DNA of 64,000 nt from Octopus sinensis. Its lineage: Eukaryota. Numbering within the stretch: position 1 is the stretch's first letter; each line of letters starts with the position of its first letter. A program made the translations under genes and the position numbers. Positions 13,360-27,105 of this stretch are shown piece after piece. The stretch covers positions 135,160,001 through 135,224,000 of the forward strand of contig NC_042998.1 in assembly GCF_006345805.1 (NCBI RefSeq), in the 5' to 3' direction. Below the pieces are notes generated by a model. It saw only the letters and a program-made list of their open reading frames with translations. It had not been told where the DNA came from and made no database searches.

Positions 13360-13759
13360 GGCTGCGAGCTGGCAGAAACGTTAGCACGCCGGGCGAAATG
13401 CGTAGCCGTATTTCGTCTGCCGTTACGTTCTGAGTTCAAATTCCGCCGAGGTCGACTTTGCCTTTCATCCTTTTGGGGTCTATTAAATAAGTACCAATTA
13501 TGCACTGGGTTCGATATAATCGATTTAATCCGTTTGTCTGTCCTTGTTTGTCTTCTCTGCGTTTAGCCTCTTGTGAGTAGTAAAGAAATAGGAATTTCGC
13601 TAGTCGCTACGTTCTGAGTTCAAATTCCGCCTAGGTCAGCTTTGCCTTTCATCCTTTCGGGGGTCTATTAAATAAGTACCAGTGAAACATTGGAGTCGAT
13701 GTAATCGACTTGTTCCCTCCTACCAATTTCAGGCCTTGTGCCTATAGAAGAAAAGATTC
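13360..13759 (+). mobile_element. Type-A SINE dimer: full unit with tail 1, then a 5'-truncated unit with tail 2
   Basis: Head GGCTGCGAGCTGGCAGAAACGTTAGC, B-box-like GAGTTCAAATTCC and Nin/Deu-like GCCTTTCATCCTTT.GGGGTC..TAAATAAGTACC. The second unit restarts near 13595. Confidence 0.85.
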
Positions 13760-14005
13760 TACATACATACATATATGGAAGGCTGGTTTATGGGATTGTC
13801 TTAGGTTTCCCGTTCATAAAGGGTTTAACTTTATGGCGTATCGTCATATTTTTAATAGGTTTTTGGATCTGACGATACACCATAAAGCTAAACCCTTTAT
13901 GGACGGGAAACCTACGGTAATCCCTTAAACAGGCCTTCCCCATTTTTAATATATACTGCTCTACACCTTAGAGTGTGCTTCTTTTGAATTTATATGTTTT
14001 ACAGA

Positions 14006-14036
<31 letters not shown>

Positions 14037-14460
14037 CTAGCAGCATAGCCCGGCGTTGCCCGGGTATGTAAGAGCCCCTAGTAGGCAACGACTAATCCCA
14101 ATCTAGTCCTTTCCCTCTAGGGAACGAAGGCGCATGAGTAGGTTGCAATGTCTTCTCTTCACTCGAATACTTCTGTGTATACTATGTTCTTAGCTGTCCC
14201 TTTGGGCGGTAAAAAGGTCGAGTTGTGTCCCCTAGACAGTAAATGACTTGCATATAAAAAGCTTAGATTCTCGACCCCATGTCGAATATATCGATTTTTT
14301 CATAACTGAGGGAACTTTTCAAAATTTTCGCTGCATTAGTTTTGAATTATGACATTGGGCTATGTGTGTGTCAAGTTTCATCAGAATCGGTTGAAAGCCG
14401 TGGTCAGGGTGAGGGTACAACCTGACAGACACACAGACAGACAAACTGCCGTTTATATAT
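14037..14460 (-). mobile_element. Non-autonomous Helitron, internally deleted copy
   Basis: The minus-strand 3' end is hairpin CCCGGGCAACGCCGGG followed by CTAG. It is near-identical to 15630-16460 apart from two deletions and sits in (TA)n. Confidence 0.8.
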
Positions 14461-14788
14461 ATATATATATATATCTGTTGATCACCAGAAGCAATAAATT
14501 ACAGGTCTCAATGCAAATGTAGAGTATTCTTTCATACATTAAAAGAACATTATAACGGAAAGACTTTGATTTCCAATACTCGGAGTTACTCGTTTCCGAT
14601 CATCAGTTGGTAAACCGAGCCTGCTTTTCTTTTGAAACATTTTTCGTTTGAATGCTTTTTTTGTAAAAACGCATGCAATTCAAACTTTCATTCCATATTT
14701 CAAAAGAAAAGTAGACTCGATTTACCAGTTGGTGACCGGAAACAAGTGATTCCCAGTACTAGAAAGTAGAGCCTTTCAGTTACAATGA

Positions 14789-14823
<35 letters not shown>

Positions 14824-15629
14824 GTGTGTGTGTGTGTGTGTGTACGACGGGCTTCTTTCAATTTTCGTCGATTAAATTCACTCACAAAGCTTTGTCCGGA
14901 CCAGAGTTATAGTAAAAGATACTTGCTGAAGGCGCTGACCCCAAGACTACACAGCCACGCCAATGTATAAGAATGGTTTCTGCATTAAGCACATGGCCAA
15001 TAAGTTTGAGGAGTGGGAATTAGTCAGTACCATCTATCTTAGTATTTGGCTGGTACTTAATTTTATTAATCTTGGAGGAATGAAAGGCAAATTGATCTCA
15101 GCAGGAGAACATAATATCAATGTATAATAACGATAATTCTTCAGCTCTAAAATTCACTCACAATTGTTTTATGTGCTAATTAGATGGGTTTATAAATTCA
15201 TAAGGGTTCTTAAAACAAGGTGTTTGATGTGATATAAGTCAGTTAATGTATATGTCATTTATAAGTTATTTTAGTATTAGTAATGAATTATTTTTCCTGC
15301 AGTAGGAGCAGTGACGGATCAATGTCGCTCTAGAAAGGAGCTAGTATACAATAGGTAATATTTAGTGTATTGTAAGAATGCCTAAAAAGAATGTGCAGCA
15401 TAGAAAGTGATTACTAACATATTCATGAGCTGAGAACATTTTAATTAGTTAACTCCCGTAAGACACTGTACTACACAAGACTGGATAAACCGGTCGGTCC
15501 TAAAATGTACGATCTCTCAAGAGTTGTACTAACTTTGTTTACATTCATTTTGAAGGAAGTGTAGAATTCTGTATTGTAAAGGAGAGAACTCTGATCCTTT
15601 CACTTATTCGTTTCTGTTTTGTAATATAA

Positions 15630-16460
15630 CTAGCAGCATAGCCCGGCGTTACCCGGGTATGTAAGAGCCCCTAGTAGGCAACGACTAATCCCAATCTAGT
15701 CCTTTCCCCCTAGGGAACGAAGGCGCATGTGTAGGTTGCAATGTCTTCTCTTCACTCGAATACCTCTGTGTATGCGATGTTCCTAGCTGTCCCTTTGGGC
15801 GAAAACATGAAAACATCATTGCGTCTCCCAAGAGAGTTAAAAAGGCCGAGTTGCGTCCCCTAGACAGTCTGTGGTTTGTGTTTAATACACAAATCGGTTT
15901 GCTATGTGTGCCACATATGATTTAATTAACCGATTTTTTCCAGTAATAAAGTATCCTATTGGAATAAAAAGGGCCATATAGCTCCTTGGAGCAGACATGA
16001 TGCTCGCTGTGAATTAAAAAAAAAAGTCCTGCCAATTTGTGAAAGATATTGTCGAAAATATGTCATCTTGAATTTGAACGCGATTTCCCAAAATGGCATG
16101 CTTTTATCGATTTTTTCTGATGGTAAGGTATTGCATGGAAAACTAACATCAGAATTAAGTTTCTTAGGGTAACATTAAGCTTCACCATGAGTTTGGTGAA
16201 AATCGATTGCAAGTTACGAAAACTACAACAGAAAATGTGTTGCATATAAGAAGCTTAGATTCTCAACCTCATGTCGAATTTATCAATTTTTTTCAGAACT
16301 GGGGGAACTTTTCAAAATTTTCGCTGCGTTAGTTTTGAATTATTACATTGGGCTATGTGTGTGTGAAGTTTCATCAGAATCGGTTGAAAGCCGTGGTCAG
16401 GGTGAGGGTACAACCTGACAGACACACAGACAGACAAACTGCCGTTTATATATAGAGAGA
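15630..16460 (-). mobile_element. Non-autonomous Helitron, longer copy
   Basis: Minus strand runs 5'-TC...CCCGGGTAACGCCGGG hairpin...CTAG-3', inserted between A and T with no TSD. A (CTGT)n tract lies near the 5' end. Confidence 0.85.
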
Positions 16461-16723
16461 TCTCATTACTATTCGTTTGTCCTCGGACAGTATTACAATA
16501 GTGTACTGCAAATTATTCTATGTCAATTACTGTAATTTAAGTTTGGTAGCAAATGTAAGGTTTATCATTGTCCTTTTTCAGTTAGATTTAATAGATGCTG
16601 TATTAAACTTTCACATTCACCTGTCGGAAAAATGAGGAGCATTTGGTCATTAGGAATGGCCACTTGTGTGGTGACTTTGTTTAAAGTGAAGAAGTGTTGC
16701 GTACCGTCATTCATTCATTCATT

Positions 16724-16777
<54 letters not shown>

Positions 16778-17039
16778 TCTCTCTCGTCAGTGACTATGTT
16801 CAGTCCCAGGTCAAGACGACCGGGGATGGAGACGGATCAGATACCTTGGTCAGTGGATGACCAAGCCTCATCTCGCTCTCTGCACGCCACAATGCATTGC
16901 TATAGCCGCCTTTCCCTCCATTGAACCGTGAAGAATTTTTCCGCAGAATCCGCCGGACTCAGTCTTTTATTAGACATAACTTTTAGTACACATAACTACA
17001 GATTGGTGTCCCACTCTGAGTTTGCTTCTTTATGACTTT

Positions 17040-17300
17040 TTGTAAAGCCTTGTACTCATTCCATCGGTCTCTTTAGCCGAACCGCTAAGTTACGAGGATT
17101 TTACGCACCAACACTAGTTGTCAAGCAGTAGTTGGGACACACACACACACACACACACAAACTTGCTTCCTTCAGTTTCCGTCTACCAAATCCACCCACA
17201 AGGCTTTAGTCGGCTCGGGGCTATAGTAGAAGACACTTGCCTAAGGTGCCACTCAGTGGGACTGAACCCGGAACCATGTGATTGGGAAGCAAGTTCTTTA
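17040..17300 (-). mobile_element. Type-B SINE (tRNA head, CORE-like body, internal (TG)n)
   Basis: Reverse complement of the family seen intact at 63453-63895. Confidence 0.8.
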
Positions 17301-17612
17301 CGTTCTAAGTTCAAATACCGCCGTGGTTGACTTTGCTTTTATCCTTCCGGGTCGATAAAATAAGTATACCGACCTTGGAATCGACTTGAACCCTCCTCTT
17401 AAAATACTAGCATTGTACCAAAATTTGAAACAATTATTTTATTTTTGTATAATCAGTAATGTTTTCAATGTTTTTTTTAATCTAAGGTAATTCCATATAC
17501 CGCTCGCCATACGTAAGCCGTCAACACTCGCTAAACTCACGTGACATACCGTGTACTTTAGGTATCTTAACCTGGCGGAGCCTATCCTTCTTTTTATTTG
17601 ACTTCAGCCGAT

Positions 17613-17662
<50 letters not shown>

Positions 17663-17798
17663 TGGGGAGAAGAATCAATCTGTTCCAGATTGGTCTTTCT
17701 ATCCATCGATCTCAATGATTCCCAATTTTACATGAGCAAATGAATAGATCCTAAATAAGCCCCAGTTGCTCCGTCCCAAAGATCACAATAATATATAT

Positions 17799-17876
<78 letters not shown>

Positions 17877-18369
17877 ATTTTGGTGATACAAACAGGAAAA
17901 TAGAACTCAAGACACGATACTATATTTAATCAACAGAAGTATAATATCAGAATGACTCAAGGGCTGATAGTTTCGTACATGCATCTATGCGTGTAGGTGT
18001 GGAACGGGTGGCCTTTCCAATTTCTAACTTTTGATCGTGACTGAAAGTTTCGTAGTAGAAGCAACCATTTAAGGCAAGGTACGAACTATGTAAGGCCTCT
18101 GTGTGGTAACTTAACTGAAGGGAACTGACATTGAAAATTCGTTGTAATGTTATAGCAACATTACAAAAAGAAACAAGGAAAATGGTGTTTGTTATCCTTT
18201 TTTTCTCATAGAATTAAAAAAATATTCTTCTATCGCCTGCTACAGTATAATCTATAAAATATAATTGTTGATTATTTTTTCAGTCATTCGTAATATCATT
18301 TTTTTTTTCGTAATCTCAATTATCACATGAGCTTATAAAGATTTATTTTAGTAGTAGTTGTAGTAGAAG

Positions 18370-19445
18370 TAATAATAATAATAATCAATTCTTTTTTATT
18401 GGCCACAAGGGCTGACACGCATGATTACATAAAGGGACAAGACAGGACGAAAGGTTACAAAGGGTTTTGCCGTTTTTTAAAAACATCGAGTAAAAATCTT
18501 TATAACAACTTATAAAATTCAACAATGAAAAACTCCCAAAAGGGGGAGACGTCTCGAAAGGTTCCTGGTGGAAAAAACCCTACAAAAGCCAACGGGAGCC
18601 TGGTCAAAAAAAGGGGGTGTAGAGAGTCCCCTTTCTTCTCCTTTTACATTACCTTTTTCTTTGAAATCACAGGCGAAACCTGAGAACTGGTCCATTTATA
18701 CAGGCCAGTCTCGCACAATTCACCCACCTTTCATAAAACTTGCTATCGGACAGCACTTTCCTCTCTAACCTCATCTTCCTTTTCAAGTGAAACTTGAAAA
18801 AGTTGATGAGGCCTTGACCAAAGAGGAAAGTGTCTGTCTTTAGCCCTTTCAAACGAGTCCACCACACCACCTCTTTCGCCACAGCCACTAGGCACAAGAA
18901 AACGGCCTCGCCCTCCTTGTTAAAGGAGGTCGGCGGGGCAATCTTCATTATGGATTCGGCCGATAGTCGGATCCGTCCTACACGTGACAGTAGCTGTTCG
19001 ACATAAACCCATATTTCAGCAATACTCGGGCACTGAACGAGTGCGTGCAGAACGGTTTCGTCGTCCTGGCAACACCTCGGGCAGGCCCGGCTGACGGCAC
19101 TTCCGTGCCGGTAGAGTTTATCTCGAACAGGCAGAGCCCCTCGGTAGCACTGCCAAGCGAGAGACCTCTGGAAATTATCCATCGGCCCCGGCCCGAAAGT
19201 CCTCCCGAACAGACCGCACAGTTCGTCATCTTCAACGCCTAGAGTTTCCCCGAGAACGTCGTCGCATTTTTCCTCCACTAACCCTCTATAGAACGCTAGA
19301 GTGGAGCTGTAACCGACCGCATTGCCCGCCTGGCGGAGGGCGGAGAGGGCTTGACGGCACTCGAGGTGCCAAGCGCCCTTTCTCGGTCCACGTTTGATCC
19401 AGGTCTGCAGTTCCGTCAAAGAGACGAGCTGCGGAAAATCGCGTA
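18370..19445 (-). mobile_element. 5'-truncated Tx1/L1-clade LINE: ORF2 C-terminus with zf-RVT, 3' UTR and (TTA)n tail
   Basis: Open frame to the stop at 18667 contains LAWQCYRGALPVRDKLYRHG..ACPRCCQDDETVLHALVQC (zf-RVT CCHC). AATAAA and a TTA-repeat tail lie at 18370-18400. The intact frame suggests a young copy. Confidence 0.88.
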
Positions 19446-20069
19446 ACGATTGTAATAGCACCAGCAACCGCCCTCTCTCTCTCTCTCTCTCACACACATC
19501 ACACACACACACTCGCGAAATTGCAATAAACAGCAAAATGTTTGGATTTTCTGCTGACTATTTACACCGGGTAAACTGACACGAAAGTTAGATCAATAGA
19601 CAAGTGGAGAAAGGGAGGCTGGGAATTGATGTTCATGCCTTTCCTAAAGGCTATTATTATTATTTGTACATGCAGTGATATCGTTGTTACAAGTATGCTA
19701 ACTGTGTCGCAGCAAAGTTATCTATAACTCTACACCACTCACCATGAGTGTTGTAGGAAGTTATAAAAGGCTGCCATTTTTAGTATATCGGTTTATTTTT
19801 AGTAGCGAAGTAATGTGAAAAATTAGATGTTAATATATCTTCGCTATACTTTAGGAAGACACGAGAAAACAACACAAAAAATAGAAAGAAAGAAAAGAAA
19901 GTAAAAAAGGGGCTCCTTTACGCCATGAGTTCAAATGGAGCTAATATCGACTATGTTTTTTAGGGATTGATTAATTAATAAAATACACCGAAAAAGTTTT
20001 CCCTTCAAAATGAGCGCCGAATATTAAGAACTCAGATTTGTTGACTGGTGAAGCGGTAGAATGACGGTC

Positions 20070-20111
<42 letters not shown>

Positions 20112-20125
20112 TTTAGTCATGTTAG

Positions 20126-20338
20126 GGCGGCGGGCCGGCAGAATCGTTTGCGCACCGGGCAAAATGCTTAGCGGCATTTCGTCCGTCTTTACATTCTGAA
20201 TTCAAATTTCGCCGAGATCGACTTTGCCTTTCATCCTTTTAGGGGTCGATAAATTAAGTACCAGCCAAATACTGGGGTCGATGTAATCGACTTATCTACT
20301 GCCCCGCAATCACTGGCCTTGTGCCAAAATTTGAAACC
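20126..20338 (+). mobile_element. Type-A SINE, tail 2
   Basis: Family head and body. Flanking direct repeat AATATTTAGTCA at 20108-20119 and 20339-20350. Confidence 0.85.
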
Positions 20339-20444
20339 AATATTTAGTCAAGTTCCTCTACATTCCGAGTTCAAATTCAACCATGAGTGACATTGTTTTC
20401 ATCTTTTTGTGGATTGATAATAAAACAAATAACAGTTACTTTTT

Positions 20445-21500
20445 TAAAGTTATAATGGAGTATTTTGCTTTATGAGTTCAATAAAGGCAACAATGCAATG
20501 GGAAGTGCGAGGAATATTAATGCAGTATATGAGGATCGAACAATAAGCGTAAGTCAGTGTCAACGGTGGTTCCAGAAATTTCGAGCTGGAAAATACAGCC
20601 TAGAAGACGAGCCTCATCCTGAAAGATCTGTAGAACTCGACGAGGACGTCCTGCAAACATTGGTGGATCAAAATTCCATCGTAACTGTTGAGGAACTAGC
20701 AGAGAAGCTTGGATTTGGTCATTCATCCATTTATCGACACCTGCGTGTCATTGGAAAAGTCACAAATTGTGTCAATGGGTTCCTTACAAACTTTCAGAGT
20801 CTAATCGCGCGCAGAGAGTGAATATGTGCTCTTATTAGTTGTCATGTTTCATGAATGAACTTTGATTGGACCGAATAGTGACTGGTGACGAGAAATGGGT
20901 TCTTTATAAAAATGTCAAGCGCCAAAGACAGTGGGTAGGGAAAGGAAAACACCGACACCAGGTTGAAGAAGTTTTTCACCTACGTAAGGTGTTGTTGGCT
21001 GTTTGGTTGGATATGAAAGGGTTAGTCTATTTTGAACTTTTAAACCCAAACCAAACGATAACAAAGGAGTGCTAGAAGAAAAACGACCGTCTTTGATTTC
21101 AAGATGATAGGTGTTCTTCCATCAGGATAATGCTCGGCCACATACAACGAGGATGACATTCCTAAGGGTGGAGAAGTTTGAATGGGAAACGATGCCCCAC
21201 CTACCATATTCGCCGGACATTGTCCCATCTGATTATCATTTATTCCGCAGTCATCAAAATCATTTGAATGGAAAAAATATGAATTCTATAGACGAGGTTA
21301 GAGTAGTACTGGAGGAGTGTTTTTCGTCACGGACAAGTGAATTTTGGAAGAGGGACCTTGCAAGTCTACCAGATAGATGGACGAGCATTGTAGAAAATGA
21401 AGGAGAGTATATTTTAGATTAAAAAAAGAACTTTGTTTATCTTAATTTTGAAATATAAAAGAAGTATTAAAGAAAACGCATTATTTATGGGATGACCCAA
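20445..21500 (+). mobile_element. Mariner (DD34D) transposon pseudo-copy, left end lost
   Basis: HTH region WFQKFRAG..SLEDEPH plus RIVTGDEKWV, FHQDNARPH and PYSPDIVPSDYHLFRS, with frameshifts and a deletion. Right TIR CGCATTATTTATGGGATGACCCAA. Confidence 0.9.
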
Positions 21501-21846
21501 AACTTCAAGCCTGTAACGGTTTTTGCTAATCGGTCGTTAATTTCTAATGTAGGTACAAATCAGTAATTTAAGAGGGTGTTAGTCGGTTAAATCGACCCTA
21601 ATACTTAGTTGACTAGTACTTTATTGACCCTAGAGGGATAAAAGTAAATCTGACAGCAACGGGATTTGATCTCACAAAATAAAGCGCACGCGCGCGTCAG
21701 TATTTATTCGGCTGATAACATCTAAGGTATCTCTCTACGTTTCTGTATATTTCATCATATGGCAAGCTATATTGTTATCTGATGAAACGCACAGGGCTTC
21801 TAAAAAGCAAGTAGGGTGTGTTAGCAGAATCAACTTAGCACACACA

Positions 21847-21898
<52 letters not shown>

Positions 21899-22721
21899 AG
21901 TTGTATATTGGTAAACCGGATTATGTCGCAATAACTTAGTTGTTTGAACGAGTCATTTTCAAATATCGTTCTCTTTGTTTTCTAATGATTAAAGTAACAT
22001 CTGTGCCTGATACTCGTTTGCCTTACCCGCTAAATGGAAGAATAACTAACATTTGATATTCTTCAATGACCTGCAAGCTTAAATCACATTTTTACGACCG
22101 GCTAACTATAAACTACCCTTCATCAGTGTTCCTTTAATTTTAAAGCTTTGAGCGTGTACAGAAGTTAGACACGTGTGTAAATTTTGCCTTTCTTTGCAAA
22201 ATATGTACACATTCATACGAGTAACCATCTCTCAAATGTCATATCGACTACCTCAAACGTCATATCGACACACCATTTTAAGTGGATATAATTTAAAATT
22301 TTACTTTGATAAAATACGATTAATTTTTTGGATTAAAAAAAAAATCGACTTCTTGTGTGCTAATTGTAAAACGTATGTGGGTGTACAGTATAGAGGGGAA
22401 GCATTGTCCTTCATTCACCATTTGATCAAAACCATGCTTTTTTAAAATTCATTTTATCTATAAGAATGTATTTATTGGGAGAAAGGTATGTATTACATAA
22501 TTAAGAATTAAACTGTTGAATTTCGATGTTTTTCAGCTCAATGAAAGAGTTCATAATAATAACTTTAGATAACTTTGATAAATTTGACATACTTTGTTTG
22601 TTAACAAATTACTGAAGATGATTTGTATATTTCTTTTTCGGTTCGGAGAAGACATAAACAAGTTACGGCAGATTCGAACTTGAATATGCTAATCGCTGTT
22701 GTGTTTCTGCTGGAACGTACT

Positions 22722-23185
22722 GTAGCTGTGTGGTAAGAAATTTGCTTCCTAACAAGATGGTTCTGGGTTCAATCTCATTGCGTGACATCTTGGACAAGTG
22801 TCTTCTACTAAAGCCCCGGGCCGACAAAGCCTCGTGAGTGGATTTGGTAGGCGGAAACTAAAAGAAGTCTTTCGTGTGTGTGTGTGTGTGTGTATTCAAA
22901 TATATATTTCTTTACTACCCACAAGGGGCTAAACATAGAGGGGACAAACAAGAACAGACAAAGGGATTAAGTCGATTACATCGACCCCCAGTGCGAAACT
23001 AGCACTTTATTTATCGACCCCGAAAGGAAGAGGAAAGCCACCAAGTGGTTTCCTTACAAGCTGAAAGTAGACGCCAAATCGTCTAACAACGAAAAATGCG
23101 TTCTCTGGCCACTGGTATAGATTGTAATTTTTTAATAATTTTTATCCTCAATACTTTAATATGTATGTATGTATGTATGCATGCA

Positions 23186-23231
<46 letters not shown>

Positions 23232-23450
23232 TGTTTGTGTGTGTGTATGTGTGTGTGTGTGTGTGTGTGTTTCCAACAAGCGCTTGAGAACCGGCGTTGG
23301 TTTGTTTCTGTTTCCATAACTTAGCTGTTCGGCAAAAAATGATCGACAAAATAAGTAATAAGCTTTAAAAAAATAATTCTGGGTTTGATTCGTTCGTTCG
23401 ACTTAAAAACTTTTTAAGGCGTTGCCTCAGCAAAGCTGAATTCTAATGAT
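22722..23450 (+). mobile_element. Type-B SINE interrupted in its internal microsatellite by an inverted type-A SINE 3' part (22907-23030)
   Basis: Head GCTGTGTGGTAAGAAATTTGCTTCC at 22725. The body resumes near 23270 (CTTGAGAACCGGCGTTGG). Confidence 0.7.
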
Positions 23451-23901
23451 TTGATTCTTGCTGTTTACCTTGCATATGACGATTTGTTATAAAGTATTGA
23501 ATATTGTCAATTTAACTCATGAAAACAGAAACTCTGAGGAGCACCGTTTACTCATCAAATCAAATAGCCGTTCAACTTATTCTACATTTCGCCAATTATT
23601 ATTACTTTTCTTTTTTTTTTTTTCTTTGAAAATAAATTTCAAAATCATTCGTGATTAACCGATCAATTTTACACGGGTTCAAAGCCAACAACAGTTTGAT
23701 GTTTTGAAAAAAGTCATGCAATAACCGAATTATACAATTATCCGGTATGCAATTAAGCGGAATCGCCTATTTATAGTTATTCAACAATTGACATGGTTGA
23801 ATGGTTGACATTGTTGGCTGGGTCAGAAGGATGTTATTTATTTTACAGGAGCTAGGGGCAGTCAGTATTTCAGAATTGTTTATACTGTTTCTCTACGTAC
23901 A

Positions 23902-24004
<103 letters not shown>

Positions 24005-24504
24005 CGATCAATCATACTGTTTGATTTCGCGGGCCTTTGTAAGAAAGAACAAACGTTGAAAACTAAACGTTGAAAATAGCTATCGTCAATAGCGCTGATG
24101 TGTTGAGAGGAGGGTAATAAGCTTTGGATGATCTTCCGAGCCAATTATGGTCAAAGCATTACTTGTCAATCAGGAGCTGAATCTACGATCGGCTCTTATA
24201 ATGCGTTCAAACGATATGGTAATAAGGTATGTGCTGTCGACACTAAGACACTCCCTATCCTGCATGCAACGTTATTACTGCCGTTCTACAAGAGATCCCC
24301 AAATACGGATGAGAAGGCATACGCCAAACTTTGGCTCCACTCCTCATTGCCTTTCAAAGAATGGTAGTTTTGAATAAATTATCTTTTAGTTTCCCGCCCA
24401 TTTCTACCGCGTATGCATTGCGTACAATTAAGGGTGGATTCTTAGCTTTAGTGACTAAGTTTCTATTCTATCAGCTTAAAATATCGTAGCTTCTTCTGGC
24501 ATTG

Positions 24505-24567
<63 letters not shown>

Positions 24568-25040
24568 CTCTCTCCTCTCTCCCTCTCTCTCTCTCTCTCT
24601 CTCTTTGTGAGTCTGTATCGTGTGTATTTGCGTGTACCCGGTATTTGTGTGCACAAGTATGAACATTGTTCATCATTCTGTCTGTCTGTATGACTGTCGG
24701 CGGTTCAGTTAGTATTTAAACACCCAACTCGAGTACAGAGTGGTGCAGTTGTAAGTTATTTCAATCTTACTAAGAGGGCACCGTTCTACCATCTCTGTAT
24801 TAGTAGAAGCTATCGTCTTCTTTGCTTTCTTAAAAAAAAACACTGGTAGATTTTCATTGATAAATATTTTGTAAAGTATACATGTGTAAGGGTTAAGAAA
24901 TATATGGATACATTTCAATGTGTGTGTGTGCGTATGTGTGTGTGTGAATGTATGTGTGTGTTTATGTTCATGTATGTATATATAAATCTCTCTCTCTCTA
25001 TATATATGTATATGTGTGTATATATATATGTGTGTATATA

Positions 25041-25095
<55 letters not shown>

Positions 25096-25217
25096 CATAC
25101 ATATACATACACATACACATATATATATATATATATATACATACATATATATGATGTGTATGTGGAGCTATGTATATAAAGAGAGGAGCCTGTGCGCGTG
25201 TGTATGTATATATAAAG

Positions 25218-25250
<33 letters not shown>

Positions 25251-26802
25251 TGTGTGCATGTGTGTAAATGCGGGTTGATATCACCATACTGAGTAAGAGA
25301 AGGGTTCAGAAAATCTGTGGCTGTCATTTGATATGTGTGTGTGTCTGTGTGTTAGCATAGTTTTTATAGAGAAGAAACGAACATTGGCGGGTAAATATGG
25401 ATAAGTAAATTGTGTAAGGTTTAAAATATCCCACATGTAAGAGAAGCTAATAAATAAACGTTGAAGAAAAAGAGACTACATATATGTAATATGTAATATG
25501 TCTGAACATTTAATGCTAGTAGTTATTGCTCCTCTCCATCTTTTGGGTTGTAAAGTAATGAAACAAGTATATCTCGCCTGTTTGCTTACTATCATTGAGC
25601 AGAATGGTAACTATAGAAGGATACTAGTGTAGTATGTTGAAGGCAGTGCAGAAATAAGGGAGGTGAAAAATCAGTGAGAGATAGAGCAGGAAATCTCTGC
25701 ACAGCAACTAGTGGGTTGGGTGAAGGGTGTTAAGAATGTTCTCCATTTTGGGAGATTTTTTTTCTTCTTTTCTTTTTAGGGAGTCGGAGTTTTTTTTTTT
25801 TAGTTTTTTAATCAAGATTCTTTTACTGAATAAAATGAGTCAGTTTATAGGAGGGTTGCCTAAAAAAATAAATAAAGATAAATAATTTCAACAAATCACA
25901 AATAATAGAAATTGTTAAGTGACGAAGCAAATATACGATGAGGACGACGATTTTGTTTTTAATTATTCCAATGAAAAGGGGGAAAAGTTGTAATGGGCCC
26001 TTTAGAGAGGGTGTGATATGATAAACAACGAAGATTAATAAAGAATACTTTGAGTTATGTCTATGTATTTATTATTAATACCGCTGTCACATTGACTCTA
26101 AAGAGGTGGGTGAAGTAGTAGTAACAGTAGACTGCTTCACTCAATGGATTCTAACGAGCTGACACCCAATGTAGACTGCTGTTAGTCTTAGAAGTTACCG
26201 AACTTTCCCGAATATGGACAAAGCTGTTTGAGAATTTCGCTCCGCGATACATATATACGCAGACACACAAATACATACATACGTGTCTATACATGTGTGT
26301 GTAAATGTATACATACATAAATGAACACACAAATTCACATCTATGTATGTGTATGTATATATATTTTGTATGTATATTATATATATATATATACATATGT
26401 GGATGCTGTGAATTTAACATGTGATGAAAAGATTAAGAAAGAATTAAGCAACGATGGTTTAATTACTAAAGAATTTTATAATATTTGAAGCCATTAAAAA
26501 TAATTCAATTTTTTAAAAGATAATCTTAAAAAAAAAAGACTATTCCCGTCAAAAAAAGATATTTTGTGATTTCGTTAAGAATATTTTCTTTTCCTTCTTT
26601 TGATGGCTAATTTTGGTTAAAACAAAGACTTATATTTCAAAAAATTAAATGTGGATACAAACAGAGTTTTTTTTATATGAAATAAAAATCAGAAATGAGA
26701 TGTGAACACGCATCCAGTGATGCATTGACATACATTTTATAATTATCAATTTATTTATAAATTTATTGATTTCAACTTTCAGAAAATTTAGTATTTCTTT
26801 TA

Positions 26803-27105
26803 TTCTTTTACTTGTTCCAGTCATTAGACTGCGGCCATGCTGGTGCACCGCCTTGAAGAATTTTTAGTCGAATGAATTAATCTCAAAACTTTTTTTAGTT
26901 TTTAAGGCTGGTATTTATTCTGTCGGCCTTTTGCCGAACCGCTAGATTACGGAGGCGTAAACACCGGTAGTCAAGCGGTGGTGGATACACACACACATTT
27001 AAACACGACGGGCTTCTTTCAGTTTCCGTCTACTAAATCCATTACAAGGGCTTGGATCGGCCCGAGGCTATAGTAGAAGACACTTGCTCAATGTGTTACA
27101 CAGCC
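26803..27105 (-). mobile_element. Type-B SINE
   Basis: TTTTACTTGTTCCAGTCATTAGACTGCGGCCATGCTGG...GGGCTTCTTTCAGTTTCCGTCTAC. Confidence 0.75.
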
